The position numbers and the translations under genes were made by a program. A DNA stretch of 64,000 bases from Ignavibacteriota bacterium (GTDB taxonomy: Bacteria > Bacteroidota > Ignavibacteria > Palsa-1295). The notes beneath the pieces were generated by a model. The model ran no database searches. It saw only the letters and a list, made by a program, of their open reading frames with translations, and had not been told where the DNA came from. The stretch lies in the NCBI GenBank assembly GCA_963787835.1, contig CAWBEI010000002.1, positions 1,056,001 through 1,120,000 of the forward strand, written 5' to 3'. Shown piece after piece: positions 50,801-59,155 of this stretch; positions within the stretch are counted from its first letter, which is position 1; each line of letters starts with the position of its first letter.

Positions 50801-51177
50801 TGCCCTACGCATGCGCCGATCACATCTTCGATAGCGGCTACGTCGTCATAGGGCCCATTTGCGATACCCAGTTCCTCGAGCAACAGCCCACCGTGCCATC
50901 TGCCATGATGCTCGGCACGCCGGTGCCAAACCCTGCGGGAACCGCAACAAGTAATAAGCCGACTTCCATTCAATATGATGTCGATACAGCAATACTCGTC
51001 ACTATTGATCTGACGGACGAGCAAGGTAATCGTGTCCAGACGCTGGTTAACGATGTCAGGACGCCGGGCTACTACACCACGACCGTCGATCCGGCTAATT
51101 TGCCCAGCGGACTCTATTACCTCCGTATGAGCGCCGGAGCCTATCAGAGGATCAGAAATCTCGTTATTCAAAAGTAA
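47806..51177 (+). CDS. Large secreted protein: IgGFc-binding domain, ASH repeats, cohesin-like segment, T9SS-type CTD
   Basis: 'GKEFYVAF', 'SSDAFMGLP..VLGTEY', 'DHLVEQLPPVSAWG', 'GDPAL..V.P.EQF'; 'PNP...GNRVQTLV...LPSGLYYLRM'. Confidence 0.85.
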   Translation: MHHHPNIFHRSSQCPRSIGKRSRVSLFISVLAVLSVFCSTRLRAQSANYDNFGKEFYVAFGPNEGGEGDLTSETVMDLYITSHVIAHGEVDVPALNFYQTFTTTPGQITTIVLPNGNNFSPTVEVTQDQQVLPGMAVHITSDSEVAVFGMNHKLYSSDAFMGLPTNVLGTEYRTMNYPSSDNQGDVQPGMFLIVAVVDSTNVTITLRDASTGSPAGLPFNILLDKGDVYLVEGTYDLSDDLTGSLIESDEPIAVFSGHHRTAIPDTAVNIERAPSRDHLVEQLPPVSAWGDSALVVPYATSMLPDLVRVVCAEDSTQISVNGKIIPGTFNAGDFYEITHLAGVTSIQASKPIEVGQFMHTSLGALGDPRLPAYGDPALALVFPVEQFKNAYTIISIVNPDAFTGNFVNIVADASSIGTMTIDGAPIDPNEFYSIPNTRFDYAQHQLQQGTHNITGSSPFGVTVYALGPVDSYSYTGGTLLKTITPLETVGLVIDFGDRVLNPSNLKGPPFVGGIFDTTVVLRNISEDTVNIYSFPKRIQDTDRFNVVATTPPSGAPAGIAPALTIPPLGVDSFTIQFQPHEVNRRMHTQITANTDHLRAYVVDVYGRGVEDDMGLFADTNKTLKIDTLNFGTFTDQDNPDDSEIYVGNAGSDSMQVNVVSITTHTSPDPFSQIGASNHGGAVTLPFSIAAAPSAPARISLRFSPFGMTKGLYSDSILVTSTSIGDTAADGGPLQSTHIVVLIGRVDSIVGLQTGVDTVTWGTTEVCSDSVYRILIPNPNDLPVTVTSANIIGVNASDFVLSTKTPLVIPPGQTDTVQVNFLPTARGIRTAQAILTYNLPKNAPIDTVNLSGTGDKPTLELAASQTLHSYILDNYFLMPIYAVTNMDIIGCDGYHIYVQYDSVHLKLLDVVTAGTFTPGGYLSIQSSTPPGHDTINFQQGGEGSTIAPVIISGGGCNPGDSGCLPLVYLKFQASTAGADPLTYEQGFPINFTMTFDDSRLPYACADHIFDSGYVVIGPICDTQFLEQQPTVPSAMMLGTPVPNPAGTATSNKPTSIQYDVDTAILVTIDLTDEQGNRVQTLVNDVRTPGYYTTTVDPANLPSGLYYLRMSAGAYQRIRNLVIQK

Positions 51178-51211
51178 TAGTATATCTTCGATCTAAAATG
51201 CTTGCATAATA

Positions 51212-53680
51212 ATGATTGAAGAATGGTTCCGTGGGCGTCCGGCTGCGCTCGCTGCTTGTGGTCTTGGAATAGGAATCGCACTTCCTCCGATCGGAAGCAA
51301 TGTGATCGTTCCTATCCTGTGTGTCGCGTCGGTCGTTCTTGTTGCGATGCTTCTATGGCAGCGCTCCTTTGTATTACTATATCTTCTGTTCGTAGCTTTG
51401 GTGCTACTCGGACAGCAGCTTATAACGCGTGATACAGCGAGCTATACAGCGACCCCGCTTGCCCGGATCGCATCGATGAAACCCGCAAACCCAACCCTGA
51501 TTGGAACCCTTGAAGAGATCGACGAGGCGGCTTCCGAATATCTTCTCATCTTCAATACGGATAGCATAAGATTTGCATTCCAAGCCTCTGTTCCTGTACA
51601 TGGCCGAATATTGCTCAGGCTCTCGAAGAATGATCGAACAAGCGTTCCACTACCAGAGGAAGGATGCCGGATGCGAGTATTCTGCACACTGGAGCCATTC
51701 CACGCCCCGACGAATCCTCACGAATTTGCCAGCGAGCAAAAACTTCAGACGACCACCCACACCGAAGCCACAGGATTTATTCATTCCCGCTTCGATTATT
51801 ATATTCTTAATGAGGCAAGGCCAAATATCCTTTCGCAAGTCTATCACAAGTTACAGGCCTTACACCAAACTTTATTGACATTACTGGATTCGGCGATCGA
51901 AGAGAGAAATGCACGCGGGTTTGTCGAAGCTGTTGTTCTCGGCGATCGCAGCGATATGGATAAAGAAACGCTAATTGATTTCACCACCTCTGGCGTGGCT
52001 CATATTCTCGCCGTGAGCGGGTTCAACGTGGCAATTGTCGCATTGGTAGTTGCACAACTTTTGAGAATATTTGGGATCTATTGGCTCCGCACTCGCATCT
52101 CGATCACAATGGTTATGGTGCTCCTCTATTCGGCCATCGTAGGGTTTCAACCAAGCGTAGTGCGTGCATTATTGATGATCGAGTTGTATTTATTGGCAAA
52201 GTTACTGGAACGCAGGCCCGATCCGTTAAATATCGTGATGAGCGCGGCAGCCATCAATCTTCTTTTGCGCCCATACGATCTATTCGATGTCGGGTTCCAA
52301 CTTTCCTATGCCGGCGTGATGGGAATGATCCTCATCGCGCCAAAGATCCGATGGCTTCTATCGCCGGAGACGGATAATAGTGAATTTGTCAAAACACAGC
52401 CTCGGCATCCGCAATGGAGAAAGCTATTGGAAGCGTCCGCACTATCTATTGGTGCATCTATTGCTTCCTATCCTGTTATTGCGTCGCATTTTTATCGCAT
52501 TTCTTTTATTGGATTGATCGCTAATATTCCGCTCATTCCCTTATCGGCCATTATTACCGCGCTTGGATTTTTACTTCTTCCCATCACGGCGATATCACAT
52601 TGGCTCGGCCTGCTTTATGGCGATGCTACTGGCTATTTATCGGATCTTCTGTTGCTTCTTACAAAACTTTCCGCGCATGTTCCCGCTGCCGCTCATGCGG
52701 CGGCATCGCCTTCGTGGATCTTTCTTGTACTGCTTGGCTTAGCTGTGATCTTTTGTTTGAGATCATCCACAAGACCACAATTTCTTGGAAGGCTCTCCAT
52801 TTCATTATCCTGCTTCTTCGTGCTCTCTACACTCGGAGTTCCCTTTACAAACTCCGTGCTTGCTAAGAATGAAGGAAAGCTTCAAGTTCTGTTTTTCGAC
52901 GTCGGTCAGGGGGATTGTATCTTGCTTCACACGCCATCGGGGAAATCCTATTTTGTCGATTTCGGCAGAGTAGATATGGAAGGAAACGCGAATATCGAAC
53001 GGACGGCATTGCCATTTCTCCGGGCCGAAGACATTACACAGATTGATGGCGGTTTTATCAGCCACATGCACACGGATCATTATGGCGGCGCGCCAGTGCT
53101 TCTCGAGAATTGCAGCGTCGCCTGGCTAATGACGAGTGGTGAACGAGTGGCCGGCCCTACGGCGCATTTATTAGATACGATCTCGCAGGCGCAACATACT
53201 GGCCTGCGCGTTCTCAGCCGAGGGGACACCCTGCGACTGGACCAAGATCTGATGCTGTATGTACTCTATCCGGACCGCCGGGTTCCCGAAGCAAAGCTAA
53301 CTGCGTTTGGCGAGAATATCCACAGTGGCATGCTTGCTTTTCGCCTTGTCTATCGCAACACGAGTTTCCTCTTTTTAGGTGATGCCGAGCGAAGCGGAGA
53401 AGAAGCAATGCTCGCGAGTTACGGAAATGTATTAAAATCAAATGTAGTAAAAGTCGCGCATCACGGAAGCCTGACAAGTTCCTCGAAGGATTTCGTTGCG
53501 GTGACTAATCCGGAGTATGCAATAATTTCCGTTGGTGAGTATAATCATTTTGGACACCCCGCGCCAGCCATTGTGAAGCGCTGGACTGCAAACGGCTCCA
53601 AGGTTTGCCGAACGGATCTCGACGGAGCCGTGCTCCTCGTCAGCGACGGTAATCGCGTCGAAAAAGTTGATTGGAAATAA
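51212..53680 (+). CDS. comEC: DNA uptake competence protein ComEC/Rec2
   Basis: 'G.AHILAVSGFN', 'PSVVRA', 'GFQLSY', MBL domain 'DVGQGD', 'SHMHTDHYGG', 'KVAHHGS', 'FGHP'. Confidence 0.95.
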   Translation: MIEEWFRGRPAALAACGLGIGIALPPIGSNVIVPILCVASVVLVAMLLWQRSFVLLYLLFVALVLLGQQLITRDTASYTATPLARIASMKPANPTLIGTLEEIDEAASEYLLIFNTDSIRFAFQASVPVHGRILLRLSKNDRTSVPLPEEGCRMRVFCTLEPFHAPTNPHEFASEQKLQTTTHTEATGFIHSRFDYYILNEARPNILSQVYHKLQALHQTLLTLLDSAIEERNARGFVEAVVLGDRSDMDKETLIDFTTSGVAHILAVSGFNVAIVALVVAQLLRIFGIYWLRTRISITMVMVLLYSAIVGFQPSVVRALLMIELYLLAKLLERRPDPLNIVMSAAAINLLLRPYDLFDVGFQLSYAGVMGMILIAPKIRWLLSPETDNSEFVKTQPRHPQWRKLLEASALSIGASIASYPVIASHFYRISFIGLIANIPLIPLSAIITALGFLLLPITAISHWLGLLYGDATGYLSDLLLLLTKLSAHVPAAAHAAASPSWIFLVLLGLAVIFCLRSSTRPQFLGRLSISLSCFFVLSTLGVPFTNSVLAKNEGKLQVLFFDVGQGDCILLHTPSGKSYFVDFGRVDMEGNANIERTALPFLRAEDITQIDGGFISHMHTDHYGGAPVLLENCSVAWLMTSGERVAGPTAHLLDTISQAQHTGLRVLSRGDTLRLDQDLMLYVLYPDRRVPEAKLTAFGENIHSGMLAFRLVYRNTSFLFLGDAERSGEEAMLASYGNVLKSNVVKVAHHGSLTSSSKDFVAVTNPEYAIISVGEYNHFGHPAPAIVKRWTANGSKVCRTDLDGAVLLVSDGNRVEKVDWK

Positions 53681-53774
53681 TCTATGTATCAAATGTAGCG
53701 CAAACTTTAGTTTGCGACCCCTGCGCCTGCAGTGATCGCAAACAAAAGTAGCATCGACGACGGTGTGCGTTTCA

Positions 53775-54827
53775 TTATAGCCCATACTGGATCCCAACGA
53801 TAGCCCTTACGCTTTCCGCAAGCTGGTTTCCGTAGAGCGCATGAATGAAGGGAATCCAGACGGTTGCATCCAGTGATATGCGCGGTGTAAAATAGACCTG
53901 TGCACCCGGAGCAACATAAACCATATTGCCGCCCGACCATCCGAGAGAATCGTTATCGAGCGGCTGGCCGTTCTGCAGTTCGTACCCACGCCACTCGCCT
54001 CGCATGCCTAACGATGCGAACGCGGAGGACAGGAGGGAACTCGGCTGAATGTTCTCGTTCTGATAGAGTCGGTAACGCCCGGTAACGTCATAGTTAAAGT
54101 TATTGCCATAGACGTGTCCGTAATATCCCGATCCCGGTCCTCGAAGATTGAACAGTCCATCAGCCCCAAGAGTCCAGGTTTCATTCCCCTGCATATATCC
54201 TATCCCCAATAGGAAATCCGTGGTACCGGTACTGAGCTGAACGTCAGGATCGGCAGGCTGACCCATATCGGTGAAGGCATTACTGCCAGTGGGAAATTTT
54301 ACCCCAGCCGACACTGCGAGAGCATCCATGGATGTAGCTCCATCCTCTTTCATCGAGTGATCGGCTATCAGATAATAGCTTACTCGGAGGGAAATATCCG
54401 CTAACCCGATGTTCGTGATCTCTGTCGGCGCTGTCGGCGATGGGTTTGCGTTGGGGCCGAACAGCGCGGTGGGATCGTTAGAGGTTTCCGATTTATGCGC
54501 GAATGGTACCGCCAGTGTTGCTGAAAGATTCGGAACGATCTGGTAATTGAATGACAGTACCTGGGTAAGAAATCGCTGCACGTGATTGTCGGGATTCGGC
54601 TGAGCCACACCATCCTGAGTGACCGTCCCGAGTTCCGTGTAACGCGCATCATACCGAATGTACGAACCACCCATCGCAACAAGAGGAGAAATGCCCATCG
54701 AACACTGGCAGAAATCGCATTCGGAATAAAGGCCGGGAATCGAGGGCGAGGTAGCATATCCTTGGCCGAAGGAAGGATGCGAAAGGGATAAGAAACTTAA
54801 AAAAACAAACAGGAAACGTGTTTTCAT
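53775..54827 (-). CDS. Outer-membrane beta-barrel 'transporter'-type protein with N-terminal CxxCxC
   Basis: Signal peptide MKTRFLFVF...; 'CDFCQC'; 'GLADI', 'GVKFPTG', 'QLSTGTTD'; aromatic C-terminus 'GIQYGL'. Confidence 0.7.
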   Translation of the reverse strand: MKTRFLFVFLSFLSLSHPSFGQGYATSPSIPGLYSECDFCQCSMGISPLVAMGGSYIRYDARYTELGTVTQDGVAQPNPDNHVQRFLTQVLSFNYQIVPNLSATLAVPFAHKSETSNDPTALFGPNANPSPTAPTEITNIGLADISLRVSYYLIADHSMKEDGATSMDALAVSAGVKFPTGSNAFTDMGQPADPDVQLSTGTTDFLLGIGYMQGNETWTLGADGLFNLRGPGSGYYGHVYGNNFNYDVTGRYRLYQNENIQPSSLLSSAFASLGMRGEWRGYELQNGQPLDNDSLGWSGGNMVYVAPGAQVYFTPRISLDATVWIPFIHALYGNQLAESVRAIVGIQYGL

Positions 54828-54901
54828 ACATGTAAAAAAATTAAATGATGAAATGCAACTATGCCCACCGGAGCATAGTGATTTCGTTGTCAGATGATTA
54901 A

Positions 54902-54917
54902 GCATCGTCGGCGATGC
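54902..54917. repeat. 16-bp hairpin (reverse copy of GCATCGCCGACGATGC)
   Basis: GCATCGTCGGCGATGC between the Cys-rich ORF and the OMP gene. Confidence 0.7.
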
Positions 54918-54931
54918 GGGTTGCCGAAGAC

Positions 54932-55309
54932 TTAGGCGAACCGGGGTGGTTGGAGGAGTGCCGTATGAAAACCGGGGAGGGTATGGTTAGCAGAGAAAAT
55001 GGATGTGTTTTGTTTCCCCGATGCAAAAGGAGTCAATTCAGTTTTCTCGCTTCGCAAATATTGGCCGCTGATCTGAAAAGTAAATCGATCGGCGCGTTTG
55101 GCGTTATCTGTATTCGCAGATTTCGCGAGTTGCTTCATCAAATAGCAGTTGCCGTTGCAATGCGGCATCTTGTGCTCGCACATCGTCCGCGCGATCTGAT
55201 CCTGATTGAGACGGAACAGCAAAAAATCCAGCGGGACGGCATTAAGCTGCACCGTAATTGCAGCAATGCCGAGCCAAGTAAGAATCTTAATACGAAGGGG
55301 TGTGATCAC
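54932..55309 (-). CDS. Cys-rich hypothetical protein, possible metal-responsive leader
   Basis: N-terminal hydrophobic segment, 'NQDQIA..MC.....HCNGNCYL.KQL', C-terminal 'LLQPP'. Confidence 0.7.
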   Translation of the reverse strand: MITPLRIKILTWLGIAAITVQLNAVPLDFLLFRLNQDQIARTMCEHKMPHCNGNCYLMKQLAKSANTDNAKRADRFTFQISGQYLRSEKTELTPFASGKQNTSIFSANHTLPGFHTALLQPPRFA

Positions 55310-55312
55310 CTA

Positions 55313-56506
55313 TTATTTCAAAACACGGAGTTCTTCCCCCACGTTCGTGAATGCTGTAATGGCACGATCCAAATGCTCCTGCTCATGCGCTGCAGAAATT
55401 TGCACGCGAATGCGAGCCTGACCCTTTGCCACAACGGGATAGAAAAATCCCGTAACGAAAATTCCCTCATCCTGCAGTCTTGACGCGAATTTCTGCGCAA
55501 GTGGTGCATCATAAAGCATGATTGGCACAATGGGATGAATGCCGGGTTTGATGTCGAAACCGGCAGACGTCATTTTTTCGCGGAAGTATGTCGTGTTCGA
55601 TTCAAGTTTGTCGCGAAGTTCCGTTGTGGTGTCGAGCATACGCAATACTTCGAGCGCCGCGCCGGCAATGGGCGGCGGCAATGTGTTCGAAAAAAGGTAA
55701 GGCCGCGAACGCTGGCGCAGCATTTCGATAATCTCTTTCCTTCCAGACGTAAATCCACCCGCAGCTCCGCCGAGCGCTTTGCCCAGTGTGGATGTGATAA
55801 TATCGACACGGCCCATCACATTCTCGTGCTCGATCGAGCCACGGCCTGTCTTTCCAACGAAGCCGGTAGCATGGGAATCATCTACCATCACGAGAGCATC
55901 GTATTTATCGGCAAGATCGCAAATGTGCGAGAGCTTGGCAATGTCGCCATCCATCGAAAACACGCCATCGGTAACGATCACACGTCTGCGTTGCGGTTGC
56001 GACTCGATGAGCTGCGTTTCCAGATCGCTCATATCCGCATGTTTATAGCGATACCGTTTCGATTTTGCGAGACGAACTCCATCTATAATAGAAGCGTGAT
56101 TCAGTTCATCGGAGATGATCGCATCTTCTTCGCCGAAGATCGGCTCGAAGATTCCTCCATTCGCATCGAAGCACGCGACGTAAAGAATGGTATCGTCCGT
56201 CTGCAGGAAGTGCGAAATTTCCCGTTCCAGCTCTTTATGCAGATCCTGCGTACCGCAAATAAACCGCACGCTGGACATACCATAGCCATGCGTTTCCAGC
56301 GCCTTGCTTGCCGCCGCGATCACCTTCGGATGCGACGAAAGCCCAAGATAATTATTCGCGCAGAAATTGAGAACCGTACCTTCGCGCCCTTTGACGCGGA
56401 TTTCGACGCCCTGCGGCGTGGTGATCTCGCGCTCGTTCTTGTATAAACCCGCCTCGCGGATGGCTGTGAGTTCGTTCGCTAATTGCTCTTTTACTTTTCC
56501 GTACAT
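55313..56506 (-). CDS. kbl: Glycine C-acetyltransferase (2-amino-3-ketobutyrate CoA ligase)
   Basis: '[11 protein letters not shown]', 'SVRFICGTQ', '[11 protein letters not shown]', '[11 protein letters not shown]', 'ARIRVQ.SAAH'. Confidence 0.96.
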   Translation of the reverse strand: MYGKVKEQLANELTAIREAGLYKNEREITTPQGVEIRVKGREGTVLNFCANNYLGLSSHPKVIAAASKALETHGYGMSSVRFICGTQDLHKELEREISHFLQTDDTILYVACFDANGGIFEPIFGEEDAIISDELNHASIIDGVRLAKSKRYRYKHADMSDLETQLIESQPQRRRVIVTDGVFSMDGDIAKLSHICDLADKYDALVMVDDSHATGFVGKTGRGSIEHENVMGRVDIITSTLGKALGGAAGGFTSGRKEIIEMLRQRSRPYLFSNTLPPPIAGAALEVLRMLDTTTELRDKLESNTTYFREKMTSAGFDIKPGIHPIVPIMLYDAPLAQKFASRLQDEGIFVTGFFYPVVAKGQARIRVQISAAHEQEHLDRAITAFTNVGEELRVLK

Positions 56507-56575
56507 TATGTCTGAACCTGGATTTTATTCGACGCCTAAACAACGGGGACATCCCATAAATCCCGGTTTAGATAA

Positions 56576-57982
56576 TTACAGATCGATCACTTCGCCTTCG
56601 GCGACTGAAGCGGCTTGCATGACGGCTTCGCTCCAGGTCGGGTGCGGGTGGATCGTCTTCGTCATCGACATGCCGGTTGCGCCATGAGCGCGGCCAACGA
56701 CGAGTTCCTCGATCATCTCGGCTGCTTCGTTACCGATGATATGCGCGCCTAAGATCTCATCGTATTTCGATCCAATAACGAGCTTAACAAATCCATCCGT
56801 CTCACCCATCGCGCGTGCTTTGCCAAGTGCTGTGAACGGGAACTTCCCAATCTTGTATTCGATGCCTGCTTCCTTCGCGGCGCGTTCGGTCATGCCGGTG
56901 CTTGCAACTTGCGGCTGGCAGTAGGTGCAGCCGGGAATGTTATCGTAATCGAGCGAGTGGGGATGAAGCCCTGCAAGATGCTCTGCCGCAATAATTCCCT
57001 CATGCGTAGCTACGTGCGCAAGCCACGGCGGACCTGCAACATCGCCAACAGCATAAATGCCCTCGACGGGAGTTTGCATATATTCATTGACATCGATAAA
57101 GCCCTTCGTCATCTTGATTCCGAGCTTTTCGAGGCCGATATTTTCCGTATTTCCCTGCACACCGATCGCAACGAGGACGCATTCCGCTTCCAGAGTCTGT
57201 TTTGCGCCACCATCAATGGCTTCGATCTCGACTTTCGTCGAATTCTTTTCCAGCTTCACGCCATTGACTTTGTGTTTGGTGAAGATCTGGTATCCCTGCC
57301 GTTTGTAGAGCTTTTCGATTTCGGCTGAAACTTCCGTATCTTCGACGGGCAGCACATTCGGCATCATCTCGACAATGGAGACCTTCGTACCAAAGCTCTT
57401 ATAGAAATAAGCGAACTCCATTCCGATCGCGCCGGCACCAACGACGGTCATGGATTCCGGAATATGATTCATGATCATCGCTTCCGTTGAGGAAAGCACT
57501 TGCTTTCCATCTGGCTTCAGGTTCGGAAGCTGCCGCGCTCGAGCGCCGGTGGCGATGACAATGTTCTTCGCGGTCACCGTTTGCTTTTTGCCTTCAGCAT
57601 CCGTAACTTCAAGCGAATTCTTGCCCGTCAGCGTGCCGAAGCCTTTGATGGTATCGATCTTATTCTTGCGGAACAGGAATTCGACGCCTTTCACGACACG
57701 GTCGGAGACATCACGGGAACGTTTAATGACGCGTGTGAAATCCACGCGAAGGTTATCGTAGGCAAGCCCCCATTCTTCCGGCGCAACTTGCATGGTGTGA
57801 TAAATTTCGGCATTTTTGAGGAGTGCTTTCGTCGGGATACATCCCCAGTTAAGGCAGATACCGCCGAGCCGGTCGCGCTCGATACATGCGACTTTTTTTC
57901 CAAGTTGAGCGGAACGGATCGCTGCAGGATAACCACCGGGTCCACCGCCAAGTACTATGACATCGTAATCGAAAGAAGCCAT
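56576..57982 (-). CDS. lpdA: Dihydrolipoyl dehydrogenase
   Basis: 'GGGPGGY', 'GGICLNWGCIPTK', 'GAGAIG.E', 'HPHPT.SE'. Confidence 0.97.
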   Translation of the reverse strand: MASFDYDVIVLGGGPGGYPAAIRSAQLGKKVACIERDRLGGICLNWGCIPTKALLKNAEIYHTMQVAPEEWGLAYDNLRVDFTRVIKRSRDVSDRVVKGVEFLFRKNKIDTIKGFGTLTGKNSLEVTDAEGKKQTVTAKNIVIATGARARQLPNLKPDGKQVLSSTEAMIMNHIPESMTVVGAGAIGMEFAYFYKSFGTKVSIVEMMPNVLPVEDTEVSAEIEKLYKRQGYQIFTKHKVNGVKLEKNSTKVEIEAIDGGAKQTLEAECVLVAIGVQGNTENIGLEKLGIKMTKGFIDVNEYMQTPVEGIYAVGDVAGPPWLAHVATHEGIIAAEHLAGLHPHSLDYDNIPGCTYCQPQVASTGMTERAAKEAGIEYKIGKFPFTALGKARAMGETDGFVKLVIGSKYDEILGAHIIGNEAAEMIEELVVGRAHGATGMSMTKTIHPHPTWSEAVMQAASVAEGEVIDL

Positions 57983-58406
57983 CGAATTATTTCTATTCTA
58001 ATGAATCAACAGACTGTCCGATAATGATAAGGACAGCCGAGAATATGTACGAAAATACGACAGTTCTGGAAAGCAAGCACCAGGACAGGCGATTTTTATT
58101 ACGTTTACGAGCGATTTGGGGAATAGTTTAATTTTTGGCATTTCTGGCATGGTGTTTGAGTTGCGTCCCACTACTTGCGATTCCTTTCCCAGCGATGGTT
58201 GCTTGGTTGCACCATCTTTCATCTCATCCGAAACATCTTCGGTGTTGCATCATATACATGGAAAACACAGAGAATTATTATGTGGAAATCACGTTATGTC
58301 TCCTTCCCGATCACAACGGGATATTCGTGGTTTGTTTTCATGTTTTTAAAATGCAGCAGTAGGACAATAACTCTAACGTGAGTCACTGAGGGAGCATGCA
58401 TTTATC

Positions 58407-59150
58407 ATGACAAAAGTCCGTGTTTTAGAACGATCGTTTTATTATCCTTCGCCTCTGTTGTTCGGCGTGATGATGATCGTGCTCTTGCTTGGAACTATAG
58501 CGAATAGTAGCCTTGCTCAAACGTCCGGTAAGATGCTGTCTCAGGCTCCATCGGAAAGCGGTAGTGCAGATCCCGGGAATATCCTTCCCTCCTATACGCA
58601 GTATGCTCTTGTCCCACGCGATCTGGCGCCACCGGCCGGTCTGATCGTCGAAATGTCGCTCGCGCCACCGGAGAATATTCCCACCGGCTATTACGATCTC
58701 GCAAAGTATGGCCGCGTCGGCGTGGATTATACGCGCGCCGCAGTGATAGATGGAGCGAATTTGGGTCTGGCTGCACAAGCGCTTCATGTGGAGCATCACC
58801 TGCTGTTGTATTCTGCCGGCCTCAGCAGCGATATCAATAATGACGGGATGTTTCTTCTCACCGCCGGAATTGCACATTATCAGACAGGGAATGATCAGGC
58901 CGCGTTTGTCGATGCACCGTTCGTTCGTTTTCGGTTTCAGTCCTCGGAGGACTATGTTTTTGTCTATTCCGAGATCGAGACCACGATGCACTTTAGCCAG
59001 TATATTTCAGGCATGGCCGGTCTCGGCCTTCGGGTTTCACCCTCCTTGCGTCTCATGGGCGGATTTCATCACACCGAATTCGTAATGCCCGCCGAACAAA
59101 CGGTCCAGATGGTCAATGGGCTGGAAGGAATTATCAGTTGGGGTTTATAG
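58407..59150 (+). CDS. Hypothetical exported protein, possibly outer-membrane beta-strand rich
   Basis: Signal-like N-terminus, alternating hydrophobic strands, ends 'GIISWGL'. Confidence 0.6.
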   Translation: MTKVRVLERSFYYPSPLLFGVMMIVLLLGTIANSSLAQTSGKMLSQAPSESGSADPGNILPSYTQYALVPRDLAPPAGLIVEMSLAPPENIPTGYYDLAKYGRVGVDYTRAAVIDGANLGLAAQALHVEHHLLLYSAGLSSDINNDGMFLLTAGIAHYQTGNDQAAFVDAPFVRFRFQSSEDYVFVYSEIETTMHFSQYISGMAGLGLRVSPSLRLMGGFHHTEFVMPAEQTVQMVNGLEGIISWGL

Positions 59151-59155
59151 CAACC

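Noticed and set aside
58116-58381. Short overlapping ORFs in the lpdA upstream region
   Set aside because: No motifs, weak starts, three competing frames
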